A stretch of 64,000 nucleotides of DNA from Takakia lepidozioides (GCA_030704615.1 CM060733.1:15128001-15192000), one strand, 5' to 3'. Shown: positions 1 through 13,052, numbered from the stretch's first letter. Notes: generated from the letters alone by a model not told the origin. Program-made: numbers and translations.

Positions 1-357
1 CCCCAAAACCCAGACTGTTGTGAACCTCGACCGATCTGCCCGAAACTTCCCAAGAATTGCGCGGCCTGGTAAGACCGGGCCGAGTCGGGCTCGCGCGGGG
101 CCGCGTTGGCACTAGCACGGTGCCCATGTGGAGATCGGCTATTGCAAGTCTACAACCTCTCTATTTTTGAGTAGAATCGTTGGAGTGGCTCTAAAAATGG
201 AGTTGCCAAATTGATGTGAGGATGAGAAGGAGAACCATCTTCCCCAAATAACTTAGTTGTGTGTGTGAGGGAGCTACAGTGCTTCCAACATCATATTCTA
301 GACCCTGCTGTCAGAGTGCAAGAGGGAATTTTTTATCTGTCTCGTGGACAAGGAGCA

Positions 358-672
358 ATGCAGTTGCCCAACCGAGCTTACTGCTTGGGATCGAACAAGA
401 CTGGGGTGACGTACTGTGTGGGATGTATAAGCGTTGTGTTGGTTGGGGTGGCTGCCATTGGTTTGCTAGTAGATATTTTGTATGTGATCGTGACGAGTGC
501 AATGAGGGGGAAACGGTTGAACCCCATTTGGTGGGTTGCGTACGTGGTGGGATTGGTGATGGGAATCGGATCCCTTGTTTTTTATATCGTTCACATTCGT
601 ATTTGCTTCGAGAGGAGACTGGAAGCCTCAAAAGCAGTCCACGCAGTGGATGAGGACTCAGACATGATATGA
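358..672 (+). CDS. Possible small orphan membrane protein (~104 aa, two hydrophobic segments)
   Basis: ATG at 358 within ORF 259-672; two TM-like stretches (CISVVLVGVAAIGLLVDILYVIV and IWWVAYVVGLVMGIGSLVFYIV) and a charged C-terminus; no recognisable family; repeat-like flanks. Confidence 0.2.
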   Translation: MQLPNRAYCLGSNKTGVTYCVGCISVVLVGVAAIGLLVDILYVIVTSAMRGKRLNPIWWVAYVVGLVMGIGSLVFYIVHIRICFERRLEASKAVHAVDEDSDMI

Positions 673-2089
673 AGCTTGCCGCGGAGATGCACTACAACTT
701 TGGGATCCTTTGCAAAGACCAAGAAAATTTAGGATGTAAGTTAGCACACAAGTTGAAAGTGTTGGAAGGAATTGAGTTGGCATCAAGGAGCCGAGTTGGA
801 AGCTCTAAAAATGTTTTGTCCCCTATTTTTGTTTACTCCATGAAGACATTTTGTTAGTACCTAATGACATGGAGAAATTGGAGATATTGGAGAAGAGATG
901 ATGAGAAAAAGGAAGAGAGAGGGAGAATACGCTCTATACTATGAGCATTTTAAGTATTCTGATTAGTAGGATTCATTATTCAATATCTGGGTAAGTTCAT
1001 CATTATATCATTGTTATCAAGTATCAACACGACAAATTAGTAGTTGAGAATGATCGAGCCGTCAATTACTACTCATATGTAAAACTTGTCTCTAGCATAA
1101 TCTTTTCTTTTGATGGAGTGGGGACCAATGTTGGGCGATTCTTAATTTTTTACATACTTGGGAAGGTGGGTTCTAGGATTCAGTTGGAATTTAAGATATC
1201 TGGTTGGGCTGGTTATTAGTTAGTAGCATATGTTTCAAATTTGAGACCTTCCCGATCTCAACTAAAACAACTTGCAATCATCTATAAGATTTTCAATTCA
1301 TGATGACCCAAGAGTGACATAAGGTTAGAAACCACATATTGGGTCTCTGTATCTAGGTGCAATTGATATTCCCCTTCATTGAGGCTTAGCGTCTATAGGT
1401 GAGAGTTCTCGAAAAATCTCAATTAGATAGATTTGTCAGAAATTTTCATAATCAAGTATAGATATATTAGTACAAAGTCTAAGTATAGTACAAGTACGAG
1501 CTAAGACCTGACACCCATTTATAATTATTATCCTCCAAATATTACAAGCTAGACAGTTTTAAAATAGACCTCAATTTCTATCATGATTTCTTGAATGCAT
1601 GAAGTTGTGACTTCAATTTTATTCTATTATATAGAATTGAAATGTTTTTCTCAATTTTAATTTTAGAGTTAAATTTTCATGTATTAATATATAATGGGGC
1701 TTCACACTACTAACTTGAAAAAGCATGGGCCGAGGCGTCCTCCTTTAAAAAAAAAATAGGGGTCTAGGGGTTTTCCTTTAGAATGTGAGCATAGAAAAAT
1801 GGAGACTTGAGCACAAAACACAGTAATAGGGTTCGAATGTTTTCACAGAAATGGAAAACAAGACAGAAATAGGGTCCCATTTACTACACGCAAATAGGGT
1901 TCTTACAATTATATCTGCAAATTATATGGTAAATATAACTATATTACTACATATAACAAATTTGATATTATTTGCAGAAATAACAATTATTGGAAGAAAT
2001 CTAATAAAACCCTCCTAATATCGTGAGACATACCAAAAAATATAATATAATGAGGAAACATAAGTTCTTACTTCGCTAATCACGGTAAT

Positions 2090-2115
2090 TCTCTCTCTCT
2101 CTCTCTCTCTCTCTC
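2090..2115. repeat. (CT)n microsatellite
   Basis: About 13 CT units seen directly. Confidence 0.9.
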
Positions 2116-2326
2116 ACCCAAGTTACGCTGGCGAAATTTCAGTATTTCTGGCTTAGACTTGCCTAGAAATAAACACAAAAAGTTTTGCCGATGAAACTTT
2201 CGTAATTTACTCGGCCGTCGAGCTCCACATGACATTGGAAATTCTTGAGTGAACCCAGCCATTTTTTTAGCACCCGGCAAATTCCTTTTTCTGCGGACCC
2301 AGCTCCTCCCACATGGAAGGACGCTC

Positions 2327-2760
2327 TAATTCCTGGACCACTCTAGAATCAACTGGGCCCACCTAAACTTTGGGGGCTTATTAGCTTACTGTTGCTACTA
2401 TTTAATAGATTGATGTTTGGGGTTTTTTTTTTCTTGGGCCCTGCCTCTGCAGAACTCCCAATAACTTAGTAAGTAGCAAGAGGGGGGGCCTCTCCTTTAT
2501 ATACCTCTTAGGCCGGTGAGACCTTCTAGAAGTCCGCAAGTGGTAGAAGGCCCTGACACATGTCACCCCTACAAACCCCCTTACTGGGATGTGGCGGCTA
2601 AACAATCCTCTATTTAATACCTTTCCCCTTCTTGCCGTCTTTTTTTGGACCCCTTCATTTCTTGAAATCCCTCTATGCATGCCTTATTATATAAGCCCCC
2701 CTTTTTAATTTCTGGACCACTCTAGAATGAACAGGGCCCACCCAAACTTGGGGGGCTTAT
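2327..2760. repeat. ~55-bp imperfect direct repeat pair (2327-2381 and 2706-2760)
   Basis: taattcctggaccactctagaatcaactgggcccacctaaactttgggggcttat vs taatttctggaccactctagaatgaacagggcccacccaaacttggggggcttat. Confidence 0.75.
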
Positions 2761-2962
2761 ATAGTAACTGTGTTTTTAGAGGAAAAGCCCAAGTTCGGGC
2801 TCACAAGACTTGCTTCATGCTACTATAATTGGCATTAACACTACTTATCTCTACTTACAGAATTCGCCGTTCTGCCTTTCTAGTTCTAGTTTCATGCATA
2901 AATGCATAAAGAAAATATAGATAGGATGCTAACTGACTACACGAAATTTCCATCCACGCAGA

Positions 2963-3034
2963 GGGTCATTGTGAGAATCGAACTCACGACCTCTTGCACC
3001 CGAAGCAAAAATCATACCACTAGACCAAATGCCC
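2963..3034 (-). tRNA. tRNA-Pro(CGG), divergent and possibly a pseudogene
   Basis: Minus strand reads GGGCATTTGGTCTAGTGGTATGATTTTTGCTTCGGGTGCAAGAGGTCGTGAGTTCGATTCTCACAATGACCC; plant tRNA-Pro 5' signature, A and B boxes, CGG anticodon, paired T-stem; one G.A mismatch in the acceptor stem; TATAAT about 30-35 nt upstream. Confidence 0.85.
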
Positions 3035-3439
3035 GCACAATCAACGATAGTGTGATTGATTTTTTATTATAGCGAAAAGTGATGATAGGGACGGTGAAGG
3101 CATAATTAAAGTCTGTGACACGTGTCGGAAGGGCTTGAAGGTGAGAACGAACGGGAGATGGACAAATGGCGAGGTGCCACGGGGGTTTGTGGGTTCGTCT
3201 CGCTAGCGAAATTATAGTGTTGACGGCCAGCTTCTCAACATGACATTAGACATGGTTATAAACACTTGTCTTCAGTCTGGACTAGTGGTGGTCTTATGAT
3301 TCCTGTGAGGCTTTGAGATGCGCTGTGGAGTGACAATTCTCTAGTCTGCCCTGTGCTGCATTCCATGGTTCTCTCATGGGTTTGAACTTTTGCGCGTTTG
3401 CAGTTTTGTAGTGGGCTTGGGGCCTCAGGCATATCATCC

Positions 3440-4915
3440 AGATATCAATTCAAATGGAAGCCTTGGTTTGGCATGATCAAAGGCCATTCCTACATTGATG
3501 TAGCGACGAACTCCCTATCCAAGTGATCGAGGTTCAACCACTTGCTGCTAAGGAGTCTACAAAGGTGCCTTTCAGCACTGGAGCTGGATCCCAACAACAT
3601 CACAGCCAAGGAGAACGTGCTTGTACTTCCACTCCCCTCTTTACTGTCAGCTACTTGTTGGGCTTTTCCCCAAGGTAGAGGCAGCATGTTCAATTATGAA
3701 GATAGTATGATCTTCAAATGAAAAGTTGGTTTGTCATTACTGGCTGAACTCACTTGTCAAGCTTTTGTGGGCAAAGCCCTGGCTTGCTTGTTGTTGGGTA
3801 CCAACATAAGGGCTTAGGAGGGCTGTGTAAAACACATCAGCATCTGGAGTGCGCTGGAAGAGCAAGACGGATAAACCTTCGCTGCCACAGAGGTAGAAGC
3901 TTGCTGCTCTTGGGAGTCCCTGAGAACCATGGCTTGAGATATTGTGTTCTTTTTGTCTCCCAGGCAACTGATGGAGCAGCAACAACAGCAGCGACAGGAT
4001 GCCAACCGACCTGGTCAGGTGTGTGAGCTGATATTTTATCTCATCACCATTTTGGTCCCTGTGCTTTCAACTCTTTCGGGCCCTATCCAGTAGGTTTACA
4101 TGACTGTTTATGCTCTAATGCTGCTTCTTCCTTTTTCTTTTGTCCAGGACAAGGCCAGTAGCTTCATAAACATTGATGAGTGCTTACTTGATTAATTTCA
4201 ACCTAGTTCGTCGTTATCAACAATGGACTCCATTATAACGAGGAACAGCATTCATGTATGGGTTGAGTCAGGTGGGGTTAGTTAAAGCAATGTGGCACAT
4301 GTTGTATGGCTAAAACTGGCCTTGACGCTGCTTAAGTGTGGTCTATAACTCTTAAATCTAGGACAGAAGAAGAACGGAAGGGGAGAATATTGTCATAGAA
4401 AGAAGTGCACCTGATTCTTGTGATTGGTTGTAGATCTATCACTTGAGTTTTCAGTCGGATTGAATGTCTTGACGGATCTCAAAACTATTTCTGAACCAGC
4501 GATCTCAACTAATCAGCAGGGTGCAATACCTGGGTTTGGAGGGCAATTGCCCAGAATTATGCAGCTGCCACCAGAGATGGCCAACCTAATTCCAGGCATC
4601 ATGAACTTGGCAGCCCAATTAGGCCCAAAGCAACAATCAGAGAATTTTCTGCAGGGTGCAGCTACTGGTGTAAACCAGGGTAATAGTGTCGACCATGAAA
4701 ATTTGGATGAAAACATTCAAGTGAACGGTGTGGAGCTCCACCAAGACTTCAACAGGTGTCGATTCAAGGGTTCTAATTAAGACAATTAAAATGGTACGTG
4801 TTTTCAATTTATGTTGTAGATGACTGCAGTAGCTTTGTATCTCTTTTAATATGTAGAAGCAATGATGTCCTCTTGCAGATATCACAGTCAAGTATCGAGG
4901 AGCTTTGCCATGAAT
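3440..4915 (+). pseudogene. Decayed 3' exons of an SGT-like (small glutamine-rich TPR) gene
   Basis: AG/GT-bounded exon 3576-3622 encodes ALELDPNNITAKENVL (end of a TPR); LGLA remnant with a stop upstream; ORF 4424-4780 is Q/M/P/N-rich like an SGT C-terminus. Confidence 0.4.
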
Positions 4916-5049
4916 GGTGTTTGACCTGAAGGTCTGTAACTGTCATGCAGGATGGCAGGGGTTAATCATCAGTTTTGTGAGTCATCTGGTTTTCACAGAA
5001 GAGCAAGAAGGGAGTCTGCAAGATATCTTTGACTCTTGTGGGGATTGGA

Positions 5050-6475
5050 GGATGCTATGTAAGGCAGGGCACTGCGCATTTTGAACCAAGGAGAGATTTC
5101 GCCAGACTCCAGTTCTTATGTTTGTCTCTTGCAGGAGTGCATCAAAATGACAGGTCTAGAACATGGAAAGCAGGTGCATGCCCACATTGTCAAAAGGGGA
5201 TTCAAGCCAACATCTTTCTATACAACACCCTCATCAACATGTATGCCAAGTGTGAGAGCATTGTGGATGCATGCTTAGTGTTTGACAATATGCCTGAACG
5301 ATTTGTGTTACATGGACTACAGGATGACGGGGCATGGGTGTGGTAGAGAGGCCTTTGAGACCTTTGAGCTAATGATGGAGGAAGGGGTGACACCCAACCA
5401 GGTCACGTTCATTTGTGCTCTCAAGGTGTGTGCAATCCTAGGAAATCTGAAGAGGGCAAAGAGGTCCATGCTGACATCAAAGCTGGAATTGTGCCAGGCA
5501 TTATTCTGGACCATGCCCTTGCTGCAATATATGCCAAATGTGGGAACATAAAGGATGCACAAAGGGTGTTCACTACTATGGCTTGACAGGATGTGGTTTC
5601 CTGGAGTGCAATGATCACAGGGTATGCTCAGCATGGGTGTGATAAGGAGGCTTTGGAGACCTATGAGGAGATGATACAGGAAGGGCTAATGCCCATCTAG
5701 ATCTTCATTTGCGTTTTCAATGCATGTGGTGGCCTGGCAGCCCTGGAAAAGGGCAAAGAAGTCCATGCTGACATTATGAAAGCTCGAATTGATTCAGATA
5801 TTATTCTGGAGGATGCCCTTGTCGACATGTATGCCAAATGTGGGAACATAAAGGATGCTCATCAAGTGTTCTTTAATATGGCTCAGTGTGACATGGTCTC
5901 ATGGAATGGCATGCTCACAGGATATGCTCAGCATATGGTTTGGTAGGGAGGCTTTGGAGACATAGGAGCCCATGGTAAGGGAAGGGGTGATGCCCAATCA
6001 GGTCACATTTGTTTGCATTCTCAATGCTTGTGCCAGCCTGGTAGTGCTTGCGCACATGAAACGGGAAGGGGTGTTGCCTAACCAGGTCACGTTTGTTTGT
6101 GCTCTCCAGGCATGTGCCAGCCTGGGAACCGTGGAAAAGGGTAAAGAAGTCCAATGCTGACATCATTAAAAGCAGCATTGTGCAAGATATTATTCTGGAG
6201 AATAGTCTTATCAACATGTATATAAAGTGCGGTGACATAAAGGATGCACTCTGAGCATTTGACAATGTGGCTCAACAAAATGTGGTCTCAGATAGTGTAT
6301 CAGAGGATATGCTCAGCGTGGGTGTGGTAGGGACGCTTGGAAGATCTATGAACAAATGATAGGGGAAGGGGTGAAGCCTCACCAGAGCACATTTGTTTGC
6401 GTCCTCCATGCATGTGCCAGCCTGGCCGTCCTGGATAAAGGCAAAGAGGTCCATGAGGATTACTAACAAGATGTA
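5050..6475 (+). pseudogene. PLS-class PPR (organellar RNA-editing factor type) pseudogene
   Basis: About 4 P-L-S triplets (PDSSSYVCLLQEC..GKQVHAHIVK; NTLINMYAKC..DACLVFDNM; DVVSWSAMITGYAQHG..EAL) broken by many frameshifts and stops; no E/DYW domain visible. Confidence 0.9.
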
Positions 6476-6788
6476 GGGGTACTGCTATCACTCATATGAC
6501 AGATGCCCTGGTTCCTGTGGAATTTGGCATGCAAATTTTTGGACATTGTAACCCAAAGAGTTAGGCAAAGTAAGGACCAAATAAATTGGGCAGTGTTTCT
6601 GTTTCCTGCCAGGGATCCCACCTTATTTGGTACTCGTGGACTTTCGTTTGCTTATTATGCTTTTTGTGGCTTTCTTATTGGCATTTGCGTCATTCTTTGC
6701 GATTGTTCTGACTTACAATCTTTGGTGGCCTTCTTGTCCCATAGGTATGATCGCACTGATATAGCATCCGTGCATTGCATTATATCAG

Positions 6789-7310
6789 GTGAAGTTCGAG
6801 ATGAAAGATTTTATCATCACTATCAATGGAGAGGAAGTACCTCCGCAGTTTCGCTGGGCTGATGCAATCTGTCTTCTCTATGTTTGGGGTGCCACTACCA
6901 CAGCCTCAGCCTCAGGCCAACCACCTTACTCAAATAGGCCGGCGCCTGGCCCTGGCCCATAATCCAGAACAAGGTTCGTCTGCAGGGACTGGGTGACAAC
7001 AAATCTTTGGATGTATCAAGGTATCACCAGGATGTGGAGGTGTATGTGAAATACACATACACTCAAGCAGGTATAAGTTATGAGTTCTGTTTGGACACGG
7101 CCAAAAGTCACTGTCTAGTTATGCGGGCCTTATGCAGTCTGTTCTGATCATGTGGAAGTGAAATCTGGTTGGTTCTACATGATGCTCCTTACCTTATTCA
7201 TGTTGTATTCTCCCATACTGGATCTCAGGTCACCTGGCGGCCATAGCCAAGGCTGGAATGAGGGAGTTCGGAAAAACTAAGTTATTTTCTTAAAGTAGCT
7301 CTTGGAGCCC
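6789..7310 (+). pseudogene. Two exon-like fragments of an unidentified gene
   Basis: AG/GT-bounded coding-like segments 6789-7070 (VKFEMKDFIITINGEEVPPQFRWADA...VEVYVKYTYTQA) and ~7229-7310 (GHLAAIAKAGMREFGK), with stops and frameshift. Confidence 0.3.
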
Positions 7311-7979
7311 AGAGGTTGTGGCCTTCAAGCCTTGCCAAGGAAGGTTTACATGGAGACCTGTGCAAGTATATTATGGGCCACCAACCATTTATTAACTTTT
7401 AGCGAGACACATATGGGTCTCTTTCGTTTGGGGTAGGGTGGGGTAGGGTTGCAAGATTACTTCTGTAAAAGAGACTTTCAGGGCTTTCATCCTTGTGCCA
7501 TCACCTTATATTCTCTTGTGGCAAGTTGTGTGCACTCTATGGTAGCATGGTCCTTGGCAAATTCTACAGTAGTACAACATTATGAGAAGGGCCGATCCCA
7601 ACCCCAAAAGGGTGCAGTACGAGGAGAAGTGGCTCTTGTTTATACTGGTTTTTGGAGGAATCTTCTGACTCTCTCAGGAGCTCAGTGGGCAGTTTTGAAG
7701 ATGTCTTGCATTCTGTGTTTGCAGACTGTGTAAGAGGGGTGACCAGATCTCAGATGGAGTACTCGTAAACACCTACTGCCTGCATGAGTTGATATGAAAT
7801 AATTCAAGCAATGCACTACGATCCTTCTTCAACAAGTGGAGATGTATATATATAGAAACCTGCATATGTTAGTCCGTTCCCACAGAAAGATGGCGCCACT
7901 TTCATGAACTATTTCATCCTAAACATCTCTAGAGCATCGGGCCAGTCTTGAGCTGCATTATCGGCTGTGCTGATGAGCT

Positions 7980-8640
7980 ATATAGATCTATCAAGCTGCA
8001 CTACTTTCAGTCGAACATATTTATAAGGACAAGAAGTTAGAAAATCCAAAATTGCTAAAGGAACATTATGTATTGACAGATATGTACAATTTGGCACGAA
8101 TTCAGGATATTGAACCGGAAACATCGTAGTGAACTGTCTGCTTGTATAGGTGATTGGCACAGCAAGCGGCCGTTAACGTCTCCACTCGAAATTCGTGTCG
8201 TCCGACATAGAGAAATAGCTCATTGAGGAGCTCGATCACTGCACGAACAGCAATTGAATCACAGTCCAAGATGTGCAGACCGAGAAAAGAAGCGAGAATG
8301 GCATCGAGAGCTGATTAAGTATACCTAACAAGGGAAAGGTTGTGAGCAACACGAATCAGTTCATCTCGGATAATTTCGAGGAACATCTACTACTCGCCTA
8401 CCAACTTACACGCTCGATCAAAAATCTAAAAACCGGAAAAGGCAGTGCACATCGAAATATCTAGAAATTGATGTTGCTCAGCAACCTTCCCTTGTATGGC
8501 CTTCTTAACCTGCGCCATGATGCCATTGTCATTCCTATTTTTAGTCTGTGCATCTTCAGGAAAATCTGTATCTATCGACGCGAAAATCGGAGGACCAGGC
8601 CTTCTGAGATCCTGACAGAGAGAGCTCAGGGACAAATACT
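7980..8640 (-). pseudogene. Decayed ORF of unknown family, probably transposon-derived
   Basis: The frame of ORF 8426-8635 continues past TAG/TAA stops consistent with C>T decay (IFDRACKLVGE..MFLEIIRDELIRVAHNLSLVRY); TATA-like motif plus CT-rich leader on the minus strand near 9200-9240. Confidence 0.3.
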
Positions 8641-9835
8641 ACGTACTAGCTGAGAGTCAGCAACGCAATTGCGACAAATATTTTCTCACAAGAGTAGAGG
8701 AGCTGACTAGTCACGTCCGTGCATGGTGGAGCACTGGTTCGACTTTTACTGTCAAACACTGAAACCCAGATAAAATAAGAAACCATGGTCTATACTTGTA
8801 TAGAAGAAGAAGAAGTCTATAGAGACATAAGAATCTTATAAAAAATAGATGCGATTGAGAGTACTACTAGCGCCCGGACATCTGATTTGGGTCTCGATTC
8901 GAGTCCGAAGGACGATCAGAGACAAGTCTAAGATGTTTGAAACTTGGACGGAGATAGAGAATTCAGTCTTCAATATAACAGAAGCAATACTAGCTCTAAG
9001 CTGGAGTGTCTCATCTCTTAATCGACTCCACCAGAGCGAGACCAGAGATAACAGGATTAAGGTATTTCAAACCAGAGAGACCTAGACATGAGGGCATGTA
9101 GAGAAAATCGCAGACAAACCCAAGAGGAACAGATCTGATCTAAATCCTCCAGGCAGGGAGAGCGGGCCTAGAGAGATTTGAAGTTACATAAAAGAGTGAG
9201 TTAGAGAGTCTATGCATGAGGAGAGGAGCTTAATATAGGATTAGAGAGGGCAGCAGCGCAGTAAGGGGGCCGTTACAGGCATGTGTGTGCAGGGCTGGCT
9301 TGTAACCTTCTTGCAACATTGATTAGGCCTTCATCATAGCTGTAAGCAACCCGTCATTACGCTTAACGGCCAGCCAGGATCAACAGACTCAAACCGCGCG
9401 GTCAACCTCCGCGGTCGGGCGTACCACCGCCGGCCCGCTCCGCCTCGACGGCCCGGTCGCTTGTGAAGTGGAAGGACGGCGGGTTTACCGCACGGGTACA
9501 ACCCACGATGCGGGGTCACACGCGGCTCACCCGCCCGCGCTAACTGTGGTAACCATTTCCTCCGGTTACGCTGGGCCGCCCTGTATCTCGGCGGGTCAGT
9601 TGCTTGTAGAGGCGTTTGGATGGATGAGTCGTGAGGATAATTCGTCATCCATACGAAACGTCTGTTAGGTGACGACTGGGGGCTTCCAAAATGAAGGTTA
9701 GGGCTTCACCCAAGGCTTCTACTCTGGGGGAGACTACCAATGTGGGTACTTATCAAGACGGCTAACTTATGGGGTAGAGTCGTGTTAGGGACCTATAAAC
9801 TACCTTGTATGACTTACTTTGGTACTGGTACAAAC

Positions 9836-11536
9836 CAGTGTTGTGCGAGTAATTTATTTATTTATTTAATGAAAGGCCTTTTAATCAAATAATAAACGAG
9901 GAATAAATAACGTCGAGGCCATTAGGAACAGGGCGAGGCCACTTCAGGGCCGCATGTGTCCACAGGTTCAGTCAACAGAGAATAACCAAGAGCTAACCAG
10001 CAGCCAAACTACGTGCAAGGAGCTATCCGCAGCCTAGCTAACAAGAAACAAGCAGGCAGGAGAGCTGCAAAACAGAAAGCTAAGCAGCAGCGGAGAAACC
10101 AACAGCCTATTCTAACAACAAGTGAATCACGCAGCCCCTTAAAAGAATTATCAAAATCTAAATGAGCCTAAGATTATGAACTTTGAAGCTTGCGATGCCG
10201 CCAGTTGATGTCTTCATCTCGCTCAGGGGGAGAGGACCAGTGGTTAGCAAGCCCGGGGAACACATGAGGACCATACCATGCCCTCATTGGAGAAGCCAGA
10301 GCAGAAAGTTCCACGCCAACCCCATGAGGAGTCAAATTCCTTGATGAGCTTGGAGCCAACAGAGAGAACATCTGAGTAAAGCTGCAAGCAACACCTCCCA
10401 TGCCTTGTGCCCTTCTGTTAGTAGATTAAAGAAAATACATTGTAGAGAAGCCTCAACAGAGGGGCTTGTACCAAAGTACAATTTAGCACAACAAGACTTC
10501 CGGATTTGCCAAAGGGAGAGTGAAATCAGGCAAGCCCATATAGCACACTTGGACCAAAGCTGTCCTTGATGAAGGTTAAGCAAGTGAATAGTGGGACTGG
10601 AAGCATCGACTGGTTTCCAAGCTTGGTACAGGGCTCTAACCGCGACCAGATGCAAGCAGCAAATCTGCAGTTGAAAAGGCAATGCTCCAAAGATTCGGTA
10701 ATCCCCTCATTACAAACACAACATGCAACTTGAGGATGAAAGGAGGAACCCATAGGGAGAATCATGTTGCCAATTTTCCATAGAAAGGCCGAGATCTTTG
10801 CTGCCCTCTGAGGAGCCCAAACATGCTTCCAAAAAGCCTCCCAGTTAATAAAAAAAAAAGGCATTAAGTGTAACCACTTATCAGCCCACTTGGCAGTGGG
10901 AACAGAAAGCCCCAAAGTAAGAGAATACCCCAACTTTGCAAAATACTTAAAGGGGAACTCGACCCGGCCAGTTCCACTCCCTGAATCGAAGGAAAGATCC
11001 ACCAGAGGGCAAGATTTATACCAAAAAAAGCATGTGCGAGCCCAAGGGGCTGGGTCTTTAGAAGGATTAGGTAGAGGGTCAATGCAACCAGATAAGCCAT
11101 CAACCACCCGAACAGAGAAGAGGCTGGCCAAAGGCCACGTGAGAGAGTCTAGGACAGTAACCTTCCAGAAATGAGAACCGAAAAACCAAGGCCATGACCA
11201 AAAAATCACCAGAGGAAAAAACAAGAAGGCGAGTAAATAGAGTCTTACTTATCCTTCGATAAAATAGAAATGAGAGGATTATTTATCCTCCAGGTAAGGA
11301 TAAAATATTTGTATGTCCACTTATTTATCTTACAGGTAAGAGAAAAATTGATTTATCTATATGGAAATGATTTATCCTTCAAGTAAATAAGAGTAAGGTA
11401 ATTCAAATTATTTATCCATCCGAATGGTAAGGATAAGGGTAAATAGAATAGGATAAATCAGAGAAAATCATTTATCATTATCCTGATATATCTGCCGGGT
11501 GTCAGGGTAAATGATTTATTGGCACAATGTTCACTA
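9836..11536. mobile_element. hAT-type MITE interrupted by a LINE
   Basis: Left end CAGTGTTGTGCGAGTAA; degenerate right end TTTATTGGCACAATGTTCACTA; flanks GTACAAAC and GTACAAAA(C); body 11237-11520 has repeated ATTTATCC/GGATAAA motifs. Confidence 0.55.
9853..11228 (-). mobile_element. 5'-truncated L1-clade LINE (zf-RVT/C-terminal ORF2 plus 3'UTR)
   Basis: ORFs 10526-11224 and 10332-10682 contain KISAFLWK..CCVCNEGITESLEHCLFNC and LWQIRKSCC; (TAAA)n tail at 9853-9868; 8-bp TSD GCGAGTAA at 9845-9852 and 11229-11236. Confidence 0.85.
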
Positions 11537-11599
11537 GTACAAAACCAGTGTTGTTCTTGTATTACATTTTTCACGTACCACCCAAGTCTAAGTTTGTTT

Positions 11600-12980
11600 T
11601 TTTTTGTTTGTCCCAAGCAAGTTTAGTAGCAATGGTGAGGTCGTAGAATATATAGGTGAGAATTCATTATCCAAGGTCCAATTGCAGCGTGCTTTCCAGA
11701 TTTGTCAAAGTGTGGCAGTGCGAAGAGCCTCGAACATATGGCAGCTGTTATGTCTGCCTTTGTTGGCCGGACTGTAATTGAGCAGCAAGGTAATAGGATT
11801 GAGGGTGATGTTGTACTCCCAAGCCCGGTAAAGATCTACAACCAATGGCCAAATGGCCAGGAGAGGGGAGTCACACAGAAGATGAGGCAGTGTTCCAGTG
11901 ATGCAATAGTGTTAATCATGCAGCATTTGCATAGGATAGCCTCCTGGAAATCCAGGAATTGCCCCACCTTAAGGACCCTAATATTGGCAATCTGCCAAAG
12001 AAAGGCAGTGAGTTTGGCTCGTTTCAATTTTTCCCAAATAAGAGCCCAGATGCAGCTGCAATTCTCATCCCTGAAAAGGACGTGTCCCCACTTATCATTC
12101 CATTTTTTAGCCAGAGGTTTGGCTTGCAAAAGAGCCAAGTTATACGTTTTCTTTGCAAAATAAGAGAAAATGAGTGAATAGATCCTCCAAAATTCCACTG
12201 CCATTCTACCGGATCAAGTTGTAGTTCTTGGATAGATTGTCCACTGATCCAGGCGAAAGAGTTTCCAGCAAGCCAAAGAAGGATTGGTTTCCCCCTTGGG
12301 AGGGAGGGGTTGAAATCCTTGAATTTGGATAACCAGTGTCATATTCGTGCTAGGGAGATTTGAATTGTTAGGATATGACAGTCTGAGTGGAGTGGAGAGT
12401 AAGGGCTCCCGAGAACAAGTCCGCTTGAAAACCATAGCCTATGACCATTGGTTGAACCAGGAGCATTTGAGGGGTGCTGCTCCAAATATTGGAGATCTGC
12501 GAGAATCCTCTTGTTGCCCACACAACCATCTCTTTGCTTGGCCTCTTTCCAAAGGTGTGGGTTGTGAGGAGTTTAGGATTAAGAGATGTTGTCTGAGAAC
12601 CTCTGGGAAGGAGGAAGGCTCAAGCTTATGAAGGAATGTCCTGAATTTTCCCCAAGCAGACCAAATAGAGTTCCAAAGCAAAGAGCCTGGGGAGTTATGG
12701 CTGAACCCCTGGGTGATCCATCTAATCGAAGGAGCCCAAGAAGCACGTAGAAGGAGGAACCCAGGGAGATCGTGTCAGCCACCAACAGCTTCCAACAGCT
12801 CCCTTAGGGCCCAGGAATCTAGAGAGCCATTTGCCCAAGAGGGCCCGGATCTGGGTTTTCGGGTCAAGAACCCCAAGGCCTCTGAGTTTCTTAGGCAGAC
12901 AGATCTGCTGCCAAGAAACTTGTTCTGTGAGGAAGTTTGGGCTCCCCAAATGAAATTCCTGATGCATCTCCTCACTCCCC
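11600..12980 (-). mobile_element. Decayed L1-clade LINE ORF2 fragment (post-RT region and zf-RVT)
   Basis: VSWQQICLPKKLRGLGVLD..RALLGKW (12722-12967) and KLTAFLWQIAN..CKCC..SLEHCLIFC (11836-12204); frameshifted. Confidence 0.85.
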
Positions 12981-13052
12981 CGATCTTTTATTTTTGAAAA
13001 CCTTAAATACTAGCCGGTTTCAAGTATTTCACAACGCAAATGATTGGTTACC

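Noticed and set aside
1755-1900. AATAGGGT motifs resembling telomere or telo-box repeats
   Set aside because: Only four scattered imperfect copies, not tandem TTTAGGG
9250-9803. Possible MULE-like terminus ending GGGACCTATAAACTACC
   Set aside because: No matching second end or TSD found in the window
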